From Candidatus Poriferisocius sp. (GTDB lineage: Bacteria > Actinomycetota > Acidimicrobiia > Acidimicrobiales > Bin134), in contig NZ_CBDCAT010000026.1 of NCBI RefSeq assembly GCF_965214065.1, positions 180,922 to 244,921 on the forward strand: DNA of 64,000 bases. The letters run 5' to 3'. The first letter of the stretch is position 1; the number at the start of each line of letters is the position of its first letter. Positions 19,488 through 29,464 of this stretch are shown here, in pieces. Position numbers and translations under genes: made by a program. Below the pieces are notes generated by a model. The model did not search any database, had not been told where the DNA came from, and worked only from the letters and a program-made list of their open reading frames with translations.

Positions 19488-20021
19488 TTAGCTGCGGATC
19501 AAGCGGACTAGGTGGGCGACGACTCGCCCGATGGGGGGTGCCTCCCCGCTGGCCAGCGGATCGAGGGTGAACTCCACCTGGGTCTCACGTTGGCGCGAGC
19601 CGGTGACCGGATTCGCCTGCACGGTAGCGGCCAGTTGGCACACAACGCCGTTGTCAGCGGTAAACGTGACTTGGACAATGCCGGTTGTGGGGTCGATGTA
19701 GCTCACCTCGCCCAACTCATGGCCCGCATCGACCAGTCGAGCGAACACGTCTCCGGCCGGCAAGTGAAGGACCAGACTGTCGTCGGTCTTCGCTTTGGCG
19801 GGCGTTGCCGACTTCCGGGGCGACGACTTGGACGGCTCCAGCGGATTGGTTCCAGCCCGCTGGAGCCAGTAGTAGGCCTCGGTGATGCGGGCGGCCACCG
19901 CGGTGCTGCCCCCCACATCGGGGTGAGCTAGTCGGATCAGCTCCCGATAGGCCCGGTTGATGTCAGCGGCCTGTGCCCCCTTCTCCAGTCCCAGCGTCCG
20001 TAGCGCCCGCTCCCGGTTCAC
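19488..20021 (-). CDS. J-domain (DnaJ-like) protein with an uncharacterised C-terminal domain
   Basis: …LGLEKGAQAADINRAYRELIRLAHPDVGG… carries the HPD motif. GTG start inferred (VNRERALRTLGL…). Confidence 0.65.
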   Translation of the reverse strand: MNRERALRTLGLEKGAQAADINRAYRELIRLAHPDVGGSTAVAARITEAYYWLQRAGTNPLEPSKSSPRKSATPAKAKTDDSLVLHLPAGDVFARLVDAGHELGEVSYIDPTTGIVQVTFTADNGVVCQLAATVQANPVTGSRQRETQVEFTLDPLASGEAPPIGRVVAHLVRLIRS

Positions 20022-20050
20022 CCCCGCAAGCGTAGGGGGTGGGGCAAAAC

Positions 20051-20839
20051 TCAGCTTTCGGCGAGGAACTCCAAGATGGTGGGGTAGGCGGTGGGGTCTT
20101 GCAGCATGAAGATGTGGCCGCCGTCGAAGGTGGCCAGTCGGGCGTTGGGGATGCGGTCGCGCAGGAGTTCGCTGTTGCGCATGGGGGCGATGCCGTCGTG
20201 GATGCCAGCGCACACCAGGCTGGGAACGTCAATATCGCCCAGACGGTCAACCACGTCGTGGCCCCGGCGGGCTTCGAGCTGGCCGAGAGCGCCGGAAGTG
20301 TTGAGCGGAAGGGCTGGGCCGTCGGGGCGGGCCGCGGTCACGAACACTTCTACGCCGGGGGGCAGCGGACCTCCCCTTTGATAGCGGGTGTCCATGATCT
20401 CTAGGGCCACCTCGCCCCGCTCGTCGGGGTCGAGGTCGGCCAGGGTGTGCAGGGGCCACGAGCTGTACTCGGGACCACCTGGTGAGGTGCAGTTGAGCAC
20501 CAGCTTGCTGATGCGACCCGGATGGAGAACGGCCATATTCATGCCCACCATCCCGCCGAAGCTGGTGCCCACCACCGGCACCGAGTCCCAGCCTAGAAAG
20601 TCCAGGAACGCCACCGCGTCGGCGGCGTAGTCGGCCATGGTCCACGGCAGCGGTGGGGTAGAAGTCTGGCCCAGGCCTCGCTGGTCGAAGTGGGCCACGG
20701 TGAAGGCCCCGTTGAGCGAATTCTGGTCGGGAGCGGTCATGCGGAGGTCTCCGCCGCTACCACTGATGTTCAATAGGGGTGGCCCCGAACCGTGCAGCTC
20801 GAAGTACAGGTTGAGGTCGCGGACTTTGGCTATCGGCAT
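20051..20839 (-). CDS. alpha/beta hydrolase
   Basis: …LYFELHGSGPPLLNISGSGG… and a GTSFGG nucleophile elbow. Confidence 0.8.
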   Translation of the reverse strand: MPIAKVRDLNLYFELHGSGPPLLNISGSGGDLRMTAPDQNSLNGAFTVAHFDQRGLGQTSTPPLPWTMADYAADAVAFLDFLGWDSVPVVGTSFGGMVGMNMAVLHPGRISKLVLNCTSPGGPEYSSWPLHTLADLDPDERGEVALEIMDTRYQRGGPLPPGVEVFVTAARPDGPALPLNTSGALGQLEARRGHDVVDRLGDIDVPSLVCAGIHDGIAPMRNSELLRDRIPNARLATFDGGHIFMLQDPTAYPTILEFLAES

Positions 20840-20876
20840 TGGCTCATGTTGCCACGGTTGCCGACGGGCGGAACGA

Positions 20877-23057
20877 TCAGACGAACGCCGAGGCGAACAC
20901 CAGAGACACGATGGTCATGACCTTGATGAGGATGTTCATCGACGGTCCGGAGGTGTCTTTGAACGGGTCACCTACGGTGTCGCCCACCACGGCTGCCTTG
21001 TGGGGTTCGGAGCCCTTGCCACCATGGGCACCGGCCTCGATATATTTCTTGGCGTTGTCCCAGGCACCGCCGGCGTTGGCCATGAAGATGGCCAGAGCGA
21101 ATCCGGTCACCAGGGCACCGGCCAAGAAGCCGCCCAGGGTGTCCACATCGATGAAACCGAGCACTAGGGGAACGGCCACGGCCAAGGCACCGGGCACCAG
21201 CATCTCCCGCAGCGATGCCTGAGTGGAGATGGCCACACACCGAGATGAGTCGGGGTTGACCCCTTCAGCGCCCTCCCGCAGACCAGGTATCTCTCGGAAT
21301 TGGCGGCGCACCTCCTCGATCATCTTGTTGGCCGCCCGGCCCACCGCATCGATGGTCAAGGCCGCAAACAAGAATGGCAGCATGGCGCCCAGGAACAGGC
21401 CGATGAAAACGTCTACTTCCCCCACATTCAGGGAGAGTGAAAAGTCGGGGTCCTCCAGTCGGAGGGCCACCTCGAAGGTCTTGAACAGGGCCAGAGCGGT
21501 CAGCGCGGCCGAACCCACCGCGAATCCCTTGGCAATGGCCGCGGTGGTGTTGCCCAGCGAGTCGAGGGCGTCGGTCACCTCCCGCACCTTGGGGTCGAGC
21601 TCGGCCATTTCGGCAATGCCCCCGGCGTTATCGGCGATGGGCCCGTAGGCGTCCACTGACACAACCACACCGGTGGTGGCCAGCATGCCGATGGCGGCTA
21701 CTGCAATGCCGTAGATACCGTTGGCCGTATCGTCGCCGAGCAGTGTCTGCTGACCACCCCAATATGCCACCAGCACGCCAGCGCCAATCAGAATCACCGA
21801 AGCGGCCACCGACACCATGCCTGCACTGATGCCCGCCAGCACTGTGGTGGCCGGGCCGGTCTCGGATTGCTGGGCGATCTTCTTGACTGGTGAGTAGTGA
21901 TCGCTGGTCCAGATCTCGGCCACCTTGCCGATGGCCCAGCCCACCGCGAGGCCGCCGATCACCGAAATGGGCAGTCCCCACCAATTCTCAAAGTCATCGC
22001 CGGAAAAGAACCACAGTCCGATCAAGATGGTGCCGACCACAGTGAGTCCCATGGCCACGTTGGTGCCCATGTGGAGCTGGCGTGACAGGCTTTTCACGTC
22101 GGCGCGGGCACTGCCCCGAACTGCGAACGAGCCCACGATGGCAGCCAGCATTCCCACAAACGCCACGGCCAGCGGGAACATGAGCTGGGCCAGGCCGATG
22201 TCGCTGCCGGTGGCCTCACCTCCGGCCACCGCGAAAGAGAATGCAGTAAGTGCGATAGGGGCGATGATCGATCCGCTGTAGCTCTCGAACAGGTCGGCGC
22301 CCATGCCGGCCACGTCGCCCACGTTGTCGCCCACATTGTCGGCGATGGTGGCGGGGTTGCGGGGGTCGTCCTCGGGTATGCCGGCCTCGACCTTGCCCAC
22401 CAGGTCAGCGCCCACGTCAGCAGCCTTGGTGTAGATACCGCCACCCACGCGGGAGAAAAGGGCGATGGAGCTGGCGCCCAGTCCGAAGGCGGTGAAGATC
22501 TCAAACGGGTCGTCCACACTGAGCCACTCCACGAACAGCAGGTAGGTGAAGGCCAGGCCCAAAAGGCTCAATCCGGCCACGGAAAAGCCCATGACCGCCC
22601 CACCCCGAAAGGCCAGGGGCAGAGCCTTGGCCGGCCCCTCGGTGGCCGCCTGGGTGGTGCGGGCGTTGGCCATGGTGGCCACTGTCATACCCACGTACCC
22701 TGCGCCGGCCGAGAGCACCGCGCCCAGGATGTAGCTGATAAAGGTGAGCTCCACTCCGGTGAGCACCGGAATGAGGATGGCCATGATCACCACGAACCCG
22801 GCTACCCAGGTGTACTCCTGCTTGAGGAAGGCCCGGGCTCCGGCCTGGATCTCGTTCATGAGATAGACCATCCGGTCGTTGCCCGGAGGGGCGGACTTCA
22901 CGATCCGGTAGAACAAGAAAGCGAGTGCGAGCGCAAGGATCGCGCTCAATCCGGCAAGATACGGTACGGCGTCCACGTTGACCCCCTGTTTGAGATAACT
23001 AGGCGAAGTTAGCCAGCGAAAATGCGACCTGCCAAGGTTGCCATTTGGGATGTCCAT
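20877..23057 (-). CDS. hppA: membrane-bound H+-translocating pyrophosphatase
   Basis: About 16 TM segments with the signature motifs GGIYTKAADVGADLVGK, DNVGDNVGD and GDTVGDPFKDTSGPS. The true start may be the internal GTG at 22976. Confidence 0.9.
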   Translation of the reverse strand: MDIPNGNLGRSHFRWLTSPSYLKQGVNVDAVPYLAGLSAILALALAFLFYRIVKSAPPGNDRMVYLMNEIQAGARAFLKQEYTWVAGFVVIMAILIPVLTGVELTFISYILGAVLSAGAGYVGMTVATMANARTTQAATEGPAKALPLAFRGGAVMGFSVAGLSLLGLAFTYLLFVEWLSVDDPFEIFTAFGLGASSIALFSRVGGGIYTKAADVGADLVGKVEAGIPEDDPRNPATIADNVGDNVGDVAGMGADLFESYSGSIIAPIALTAFSFAVAGGEATGSDIGLAQLMFPLAVAFVGMLAAIVGSFAVRGSARADVKSLSRQLHMGTNVAMGLTVVGTILIGLWFFSGDDFENWWGLPISVIGGLAVGWAIGKVAEIWTSDHYSPVKKIAQQSETGPATTVLAGISAGMVSVAASVILIGAGVLVAYWGGQQTLLGDDTANGIYGIAVAAIGMLATTGVVVSVDAYGPIADNAGGIAEMAELDPKVREVTDALDSLGNTTAAIAKGFAVGSAALTALALFKTFEVALRLEDPDFSLSLNVGEVDVFIGLFLGAMLPFLFAALTIDAVGRAANKMIEEVRRQFREIPGLREGAEGVNPDSSRCVAISTQASLREMLVPGALAVAVPLVLGFIDVDTLGGFLAGALVTGFALAIFMANAGGAWDNAKKYIEAGAHGGKGSEPHKAAVVGDTVGDPFKDTSGPSMNILIKVMTIVSLVFASAFV

Positions 23058-23086
23058 TTTCGGGTAATTCGGGATAATCTGGAACA

Positions 23087-23692
23087 GTGGTCAGCCTCAA
23101 CCGGTTGCGGACCGAAGCCCGGCAGGCCCGGCGATTATTCCCTGATCCGGAGGGCGCGGCGCGAGCGGTGTGCAACGCGGTGACATCCCTCGGGTGGCTA
23201 GACGGGGCGAAGCGGGTTTCGGCCACGATCGCCGACGATGGCGAACTCGACCCCGCACCGCTGGTGACCGCATGTCGACTCCGGGGCATAGACGTGTACT
23301 ACCCGGTGTTGCATGACCCCGCCCCCATGCAGTTCGCCCCTGCCGGCCCAGATACCGCCATGGTGCCCAATCGCTTCGGGATCCCCGAGCCCGATGTCGA
23401 TCCCCAAGAGATGGTGTCGGCCCAACAGCTGGATGTGGTGCTGGCTCCGTTGGTGGTATTCGACGCTGCCGGCCATCGGGCTGGCCGGGGCCAGGGGTAC
23501 TACGACCGGGCGCTGGCTTTTCTGCTGAACGGCCCCCGGCCGGCTAAACCGCTGGTTGTGGGGCTGGCCTACGAATTGCAGCTGGTTGACGGTGTACCTG
23601 CCCATCCGGGGGACGTGACCATGGACGCGGTAGTCACCGAACAGCGGGTGCGGGTGTTCAGCTCCAGCCTGTCCCGCCGGTCCCGAGCCTGA
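23087..23692 (+). CDS. 5-formyltetrahydrofolate cyclo-ligase
   Basis: …NRFGIPEP…LDVVLAPLVVFDAAGHRAGRGQGYYDR… is the family signature. Confidence 0.8.
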   Translation: MVSLNRLRTEARQARRLFPDPEGAARAVCNAVTSLGWLDGAKRVSATIADDGELDPAPLVTACRLRGIDVYYPVLHDPAPMQFAPAGPDTAMVPNRFGIPEPDVDPQEMVSAQQLDVVLAPLVVFDAAGHRAGRGQGYYDRALAFLLNGPRPAKPLVVGLAYELQLVDGVPAHPGDVTMDAVVTEQRVRVFSSSLSRRSRA

Positions 23693-23758
23693 TGGTTGGC
23701 GAAGCCGTTACCGTCGGGAGTACTCGCCCTTTCCCCGAATTTGGGCAAGGATAAAACC

Positions 23759-25102
23759 GTGCGCATAGTGGTAGTGGGCGCTGGCGAAGTGGGTTCCTAC
23801 GTGGCTCAGATCCTGAGCGAGGAGGGAAACACGGTGTCGGTAGTGGAACTCGACGCCAAGAAGCTGCACCACCTGGCTGAAGAGCTTGACGTGCTGGCCG
23901 TGGAGGGAAGCGGCTCCCATCCCCACATCCTCAGGGAGGCGGGCATCCGCAAAGCCGATCTGCTGGTGGCGGTCACCGCCAGCGACGAGGTGAATCTGGT
24001 GGCCTGCCTCTTGGCCAAACAGCAAGGGGTCGAGCGCACAATTGCCCGCATACAATCCCGCAATCTGAGGGAGAAGGACGCCCTCGAGCTGCGGGGGGCG
24101 ATGCAGGCCGACACGATCATCGATCCCGATGAGGAGACCGCCCACGAGATTATGGACCTCCTGTCGTACCCGGGAGCCACCGACGTGACCGTGATGGCCG
24201 AAGGCGAAGTCGTGGTGGTGGGGGCCAAGCTCACGACCGACGCACCGTGGGCCAATCGCCGGCTGGCCGACATAGCTGAAGAGTACGAGCCCGACTGGGA
24301 TTTTCTGGTGGCGGTGCTCACCCGAGCGGGCAAGACCCGAATCCCCCGAGCTGACACCACTCTGGAGCCCGGTGACCTCTTGCGGGTGGTGTGCAAACGG
24401 CGGGCCCGGGGAACCTTGTTGCCGCTTTTGGGCCTGGCCCCTGGTGCCCACCGTCGGGTAATGCTCTTGGGTGGGGGCCGGACGGCCGAGATCGTCGGGC
24501 AGCGCTTGGCCGAGCGCCACGCCGAGGTGGTGCTCATCGAGCGCGACCTGGAGCGGGCTCAGAAGCTCAGCGAAGACCTCGATGGGGTGCTGGTGATCCA
24601 CGGCGACATCACCGACGCCGAGTTGTTGGAATCCGAGGACGTCGGCAACTTCGACGCGGTGATCGCCCTAACCGGCAAGGACGACGCCAACATCCTGGCC
24701 TGCCTCTACGCCAAGTCGCTGGGAGCCAGCGAGACCATCGCCGTGCTCCACAACCTGGCGCTGCGCATGCTACTGCGGGATGTGGGCATCGATGTGGCCC
24801 TGTCGCCCCGTACAGCCAGCGCCAACGGCGTGCTGAGCTACGTGCGGGGCGGCGTGGCCCAGGTGGCCACCTACCTGTCAGGCGACTTTGAGGTCATCGA
24901 GGCCGAGGTGAAGCAGGGCTCCCCGGCCGATGGCGCAGCGGTAAACAAGCTGGGCCTGCCCAAAGACGTGCTCGTCGGCGCGTACGTGCGCGACGGCAAA
25001 CCTCAAATCGGCCGGGGCCGCAGCGAGCTGCGAAGCCGCGACCACATTGTAGTTTTTGCCCGTCCCGACACGGTGGACGAAGTGAAGCGCTTCTTCGGGT
25101 GA
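23759..25102 (+). CDS. trkA: Trk system K+ uptake protein TrkA (two RCK/NAD-binding domains)
   Basis: VRIVVVGAGEVGSYVA and a second VMLLGGGRTAEIVG Rossmann motif. GTG start inferred. Confidence 0.85.
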   Translation: MRIVVVGAGEVGSYVAQILSEEGNTVSVVELDAKKLHHLAEELDVLAVEGSGSHPHILREAGIRKADLLVAVTASDEVNLVACLLAKQQGVERTIARIQSRNLREKDALELRGAMQADTIIDPDEETAHEIMDLLSYPGATDVTVMAEGEVVVVGAKLTTDAPWANRRLADIAEEYEPDWDFLVAVLTRAGKTRIPRADTTLEPGDLLRVVCKRRARGTLLPLLGLAPGAHRRVMLLGGGRTAEIVGQRLAERHAEVVLIERDLERAQKLSEDLDGVLVIHGDITDAELLESEDVGNFDAVIALTGKDDANILACLYAKSLGASETIAVLHNLALRMLLRDVGIDVALSPRTASANGVLSYVRGGVAQVATYLSGDFEVIEAEVKQGSPADGAAVNKLGLPKDVLVGAYVRDGKPQIGRGRSELRSRDHIVVFARPDTVDEVKRFFG

Positions 25103-25109
25103 GCCCCAG

Positions 25110-26414
25110 ATGAGCGACCCGTCGCGGGTTCGCTTCCCCTGGCATCGCTCCGCAGTCAGGGTTTTGACCACAGTGGTGGCCACGGCCGCCACCTCGGTAG
25201 TGGCATCAGCCATCGTCTATTTGGCCTCTGGAGAGGTGAGCCGGGTGGACGATGCCCTCTTCGAGTCCATGGCCGGGCTCACCACCACATCGCTGACGGT
25301 GCTCGACCCCGAGGCTCTTCCGAAGTGGCTTCTCTCATGGCGGGCCGCAACTCAGTGGTTTGGGGGAGCGGGTGCTTTGGTGTTCGCCTTGGTGGTGGTG
25401 CCCACATTCGGAGGCCAGCGGCGGTTGAGCGAGGTGGCAGAGGGGCGGGGCAGGCGGGCGGTGCTGGCTAGCACATGGTCCCACACCGCTCGCCGGGTGG
25501 TGCTGGCCTATGTGGGGTTCACCGCGGTGGTAATCGTGGCCTACGCCGCGGCGGGCATGAGTCCGTTCGACGCCGTCACCTTCGGGTTGACCACCGCCTC
25601 AACCGGAGGGTTTGCTAACTATCGGGACTCGTTCGCCCATTTCGACTCGGCAGCCATCGAGTGGGTGGGGGCTTGGGCGATGGGGCTGGCCGGCATGTCA
25701 GTGGCCGCGTTGGTGTGGATTGTCCGGGGGCAATTGCAAGCGCTGTGGCGATCCACAGAGGTGAAGCTGTATGTCGGTCTCATACTGGTTTCGGCGGTCC
25801 TGATGTCCGCCTGGACCTGGCAGGATACCGGCGGGGGAGCCGACACCATTCGACAGTCGTTTTTCACCGTCACTTCGGCCATCAGCACCACGGGCTTTCG
25901 GGTCACCGATTGGGGCCATTGGGTGGCGGCACCCCAGACACTGTTGCTGCTGCTGATTGGAGTGGGTTCGATGGCAGGCTCGGCGGGGGGCGGGTTCCGG
26001 GTGCTCCGGGTAATCCAGCTCTTGGGCATCGTGCGGCGGGAATTGGTCTTGCAGCTCCATCCCCGGGCGGTGGTACAGGTCAAGGTATCGGGAGCGGCGG
26101 CTTCGGAGGCATCGCTCACCCGGGTCCACAACTTCCAGATTCTGTGGGTGCTGGCCACCTTGTTGGGGGTGTTTGGCGTCGCCTCGCTAGGCGGCGACCT
26201 TCTGACCGCGGTGTCAGGGGCGATATCAGCGCTGGCCACTACCGGGCTCGGGCTGGGCGAGCTGTCGGGGTTCGCCGATGCCACAGTGTTGGCTGCCCCG
26301 GCCCGGGCGGTGCTGATCGCTCTGATGTTCCTCGGCCGGCTGTCGATCTACCCGGTTGTGGTGGTGGTGGGCTGGGGTATCGGCGAGGTCCAGCGGATGA
26401 GGCTGAGGCAATGA
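25110..26414 (+). CDS. trkH: TrkH-family K+ transporter membrane subunit (paralog 1)
   Basis: Polytopic protein with repeated selectivity-filter-like segments (TTSLTV, TASTGGF, SAISTTGF, SALATTGLG). Confidence 0.8.
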   Translation: MSDPSRVRFPWHRSAVRVLTTVVATAATSVVASAIVYLASGEVSRVDDALFESMAGLTTTSLTVLDPEALPKWLLSWRAATQWFGGAGALVFALVVVPTFGGQRRLSEVAEGRGRRAVLASTWSHTARRVVLAYVGFTAVVIVAYAAAGMSPFDAVTFGLTTASTGGFANYRDSFAHFDSAAIEWVGAWAMGLAGMSVAALVWIVRGQLQALWRSTEVKLYVGLILVSAVLMSAWTWQDTGGGADTIRQSFFTVTSAISTTGFRVTDWGHWVAAPQTLLLLLIGVGSMAGSAGGGFRVLRVIQLLGIVRRELVLQLHPRAVVQVKVSGAAASEASLTRVHNFQILWVLATLLGVFGVASLGGDLLTAVSGAISALATTGLGLGELSGFADATVLAAPARAVLIALMFLGRLSIYPVVVVVGWGIGEVQRMRLRQ

Positions 26415-26424
26415 AGGCCCAGCG

Positions 26425-28005
26425 ATGACTGCGGTGCTGTCGGGAGCCCGGCGAGTGAAGGCGGCTGCGAAGTGGGCTGTACACCACCTGCTAGCGGATC
26501 GGCCTTGGACCGTCACCAGCCGGGTGGGGTTCGTGGTGGGACTAGGCCTGTTATTCCTGGTGCCGGGGATGCTCTTCGCCACCGTGGTGGAGTGGGGGTC
26601 GTCGACATCGCACAACGAGGTGGCCCTGGGCTTGGGGGCGCTGGTGACGCTGGCCGCGGGAATGCTGTTGGCGGCCTTCACTCGTCTCGACCAGGACATG
26701 CCTCCGGCCTCGGTGTTCGCGGCGGTGGCATGGACATGGATCGGCTCGTCATTTTTTGCCGCTTTGCCGCTGTGGTTCTCCGGCGAGCTGGGCAGCTTCG
26801 ACAACGCCCTTTTCGAGGCGGTGTCGGGCATAACTGCCACGGGCTCCACGGTGCTGAGTCCCATCGAGGGGACGGGCCGGGGCGTGCTCATGTGGCGCCA
26901 GATCATGCAGTGGTACGGCGGCATGGGCATGGTTGTGCTGGCGGTGACCATTCTGCCGTTCTTGGGCGTCGGCGGGCTGAGCCTTATCACCGCGGAGGCT
27001 CCTGGGCCTACCTCGGACCGCCTGGCCCCCCGCGTGAGCTCTACTGCCCGGCGGCTGTGGGGGCTTTACGGCGGCATCACATTGGCGGTGGCAGCAGCCC
27101 TGATGATCGCCAAACTCAGCCTGTACGACGCGGTGGCCCACGCCTTCACCATCGCCGGCACCGGGGGCTTCTCGCCATATGACAGCTCCGTCGGCCACTT
27201 CGACAGCACAGCGGTGGAGGCCGTGGTCATCGCCGGGATGCTGGCGTGCGGAGTGAGCTTCACCCTTCACTGGCGGGCCGTGTCAGGCAATCCTCAGGCT
27301 TATGGGCGGTCTTCGGAGTTCCGCACTTATATCGTAGTGATCGCGGTGGCAACGATCTCTACGTCACTGCTCAATTGGGTGAACGACCTGACCGATTTGT
27401 CCAACAGCTTCCGCAATGGGATCTTCGCCGCGGTCGCTCTGAGCACCAGCAGTGGTTTCGGCAACGCCTCCGACGCCAATCCGGGGGGTGATTTCGCGGC
27501 TTGGGCGCCGGGTGCTCAAGCCCTTTTGCTGCCTTTGATGGTGATGGGGGGCATGACGGGGAGCACCGCCGGAGGGCTGAAGGTGCTGCGAGCCCAGGTG
27601 ATGGCAAAGTACATGCGGGTGGGGCTGTTGCGGGTGAAGCACCCTCAGGTAGTGGCCAAGGTCAAGCTGGGTCAAAAGGCAGTGTCCGAGCCGGTGCTTC
27701 AGCGGGTGGCGGGGCTGGTGGCCCTCTACGCGTTGTCCGCGCTGGCGGCCACTATGGTGCTGGCCGCGCTGGGCCAGGACCTGATCACCTCCTCGTCTAC
27801 GGCCATCAGCGCGTTGAGCAACATGGGACCGGCTCTGGGCGAAGCTGGGCCGACCTCCAATTTCCTGGTGTTCACCCGTCCGGCCCGAGGGGTTGTGATA
27901 GCGCTCATGCTCATCGGCCGCCTGGAGTTCTTTGCCATCTTCTTGGTGTTGGTGTCGGCCTATGAGCGGGCCCGACGGGTTTCTCGAGTAAAGCTACGAC
28001 GCTGA
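26425..28005 (+). CDS. trkH: TrkH-family K+ transporter membrane subunit (paralog 2)
   Basis: SGITATGSTV, TIAGTGGFS, LSTSSGFG and GMTGSTAGGLKV motifs. Confidence 0.85.
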   Translation: MTAVLSGARRVKAAAKWAVHHLLADRPWTVTSRVGFVVGLGLLFLVPGMLFATVVEWGSSTSHNEVALGLGALVTLAAGMLLAAFTRLDQDMPPASVFAAVAWTWIGSSFFAALPLWFSGELGSFDNALFEAVSGITATGSTVLSPIEGTGRGVLMWRQIMQWYGGMGMVVLAVTILPFLGVGGLSLITAEAPGPTSDRLAPRVSSTARRLWGLYGGITLAVAAALMIAKLSLYDAVAHAFTIAGTGGFSPYDSSVGHFDSTAVEAVVIAGMLACGVSFTLHWRAVSGNPQAYGRSSEFRTYIVVIAVATISTSLLNWVNDLTDLSNSFRNGIFAAVALSTSSGFGNASDANPGGDFAAWAPGAQALLLPLMVMGGMTGSTAGGLKVLRAQVMAKYMRVGLLRVKHPQVVAKVKLGQKAVSEPVLQRVAGLVALYALSALAATMVLAALGQDLITSSSTAISALSNMGPALGEAGPTSNFLVFTRPARGVVIALMLIGRLEFFAIFLVLVSAYERARRVSRVKLRR

Positions 28006-28035
28006 GAGCCAGGGTGAAGACAACTTGAGCCAGGG

Positions 28036-29328
28036 TCAGGTCGCGGCGCTCAGGAACGCGCCGAGGGCCTGCGCAAAGTCAATCGGATCTTGAGCACCGC
28101 ACATCTCGCGGGCTGAGTGCATGGAGAGCTGGGCGACACCGGCATCAACGGTGGTCACCCCGGTGGCGGCGGCGGCGAAGGGCCCAATGGTAGAGCCGCA
28201 GGGCATATCGCTGCGGTGGGCATAAACCTGGTGGTTCACGCCGGCCTTCTTGCAGGCGGCGGCGAAAGCGGCCTCGCCCACCGCGTCGGTGGCATAGCGC
28301 AGGTTGGCGTTGCGTTTGATCACCGGCCCGTCGCCCATAGCGATGAGGTGTTCGGGCTCATGGCGCTCGGGATAGTTGGGGTGGGTGGCGTGAGCGCCGT
28401 CGGCCGACAGGCACAGCGACCGGGCCAGCGCGGGGTGCAGCGCGTCGCGGCTGCCTGTGATCCGCTCCAACACCGTGGTCAGCAGCGGCGATGTGGCTCC
28501 CTGGGCCGACACACTGCCCACCTCCTCGTGGTCGAACAGGCACAGCACCGCACTGGGAACCGCGTCGGCAGGGGCATCGATCAGGGCCTGGAGCCCAGCC
28601 CAGCACGACACCTGATTGTCGATCCGGGGGGCGAAGATGAACTCGCCATCGATACCGCCGACCGTGGAAGGAGTGAGGTCGTGGAGCATGGCATCCCAGG
28701 CCAGTACCTCTTCGGATCTGATACCAGCGGCTTCGGCGACCACGTCGGCGAATTCGCCGGGAGAACGCAGCCCCAGCCCCCACACCGGCGTCAGATGGGT
28801 CTGAGGGTTGAGCAGCAGGCCCTTCTGGTTCACCTCCCGGTCGAGGTGGATGGCCAGTTGCGGCACTCGCAGCACCGCCTGGTCGATGCGGAAAAGCCTG
28901 GTGCCTGATGGGGTTGCCACCCGGCCGGCCACCCCCAGGTCACGATCGAGCCAGCTGTTGAGGAGCACGCCGCCGTACATCTCGACCCCGAGTTGGCGGT
29001 AGCCGACCTGGCCGGTGTCGGGCTGGGGGGTGATGCGCAGATTGGGGCTGTCGGTGTGGGCGCCGATGATTCGGAAGCCCTTTTCGCTGGTGCTATGCCG
29101 CCAGGCCACCAGGCTGCCATCTCGGCAGACAAAACTGCTCCCGGAAGCGTCGGGCCAGTCGGCGGTCTCGTCCATCTGGGTGAACCCCGCAGCTCGCAAC
29201 AGGGCAGCAGCCCGCTCCACCACATGAAACGGTGTCGGACAGGCGTCGATGAAAGCGAGAAGCCCCTCGACACCCCAGTTGCGAGCGTCTTCAGCCACTC
29301 CTGCCCCATCTACAACAGGCGAATCCAC
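28036..29328 (-). CDS. M18 family (aspartyl) aminopeptidase
   Basis: …FIDACPTPFHVV…GAHTDSPNLRI…LFDHEEVGS…MHSAREM are M18 motifs. Start uncertain (GTG candidates at 29328-29349). Confidence 0.8.
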   Translation of the reverse strand: MDSPVVDGAGVAEDARNWGVEGLLAFIDACPTPFHVVERAAALLRAAGFTQMDETADWPDASGSSFVCRDGSLVAWRHSTSEKGFRIIGAHTDSPNLRITPQPDTGQVGYRQLGVEMYGGVLLNSWLDRDLGVAGRVATPSGTRLFRIDQAVLRVPQLAIHLDREVNQKGLLLNPQTHLTPVWGLGLRSPGEFADVVAEAAGIRSEEVLAWDAMLHDLTPSTVGGIDGEFIFAPRIDNQVSCWAGLQALIDAPADAVPSAVLCLFDHEEVGSVSAQGATSPLLTTVLERITGSRDALHPALARSLCLSADGAHATHPNYPERHEPEHLIAMGDGPVIKRNANLRYATDAVGEAAFAAACKKAGVNHQVYAHRSDMPCGSTIGPFAAAATGVTTVDAGVAQLSMHSAREMCGAQDPIDFAQALGAFLSAAT

Positions 29329-29464
29329 CCTGCAATCATGCACCTCCACCCCCCGTGGCGCGCAACAGACTTGGAAGGGAACCGGGTTACGGCGGTAAAA
29401 TTGCCACCCTGCCGCTGGCCAATGCTGTCTTAGCGCGCATGGCAAACACGCTGGAAAGGACGCA

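Noticed and set aside
29376-29410. GlnR-type box (GTnAC-n6-GnAAC) upstream of gltB
   Set aside because: Only GTTAC-n6-AAAAT is present, so the second half-site matches poorly and there is no second a/b pair. This is too weak to call by eye.
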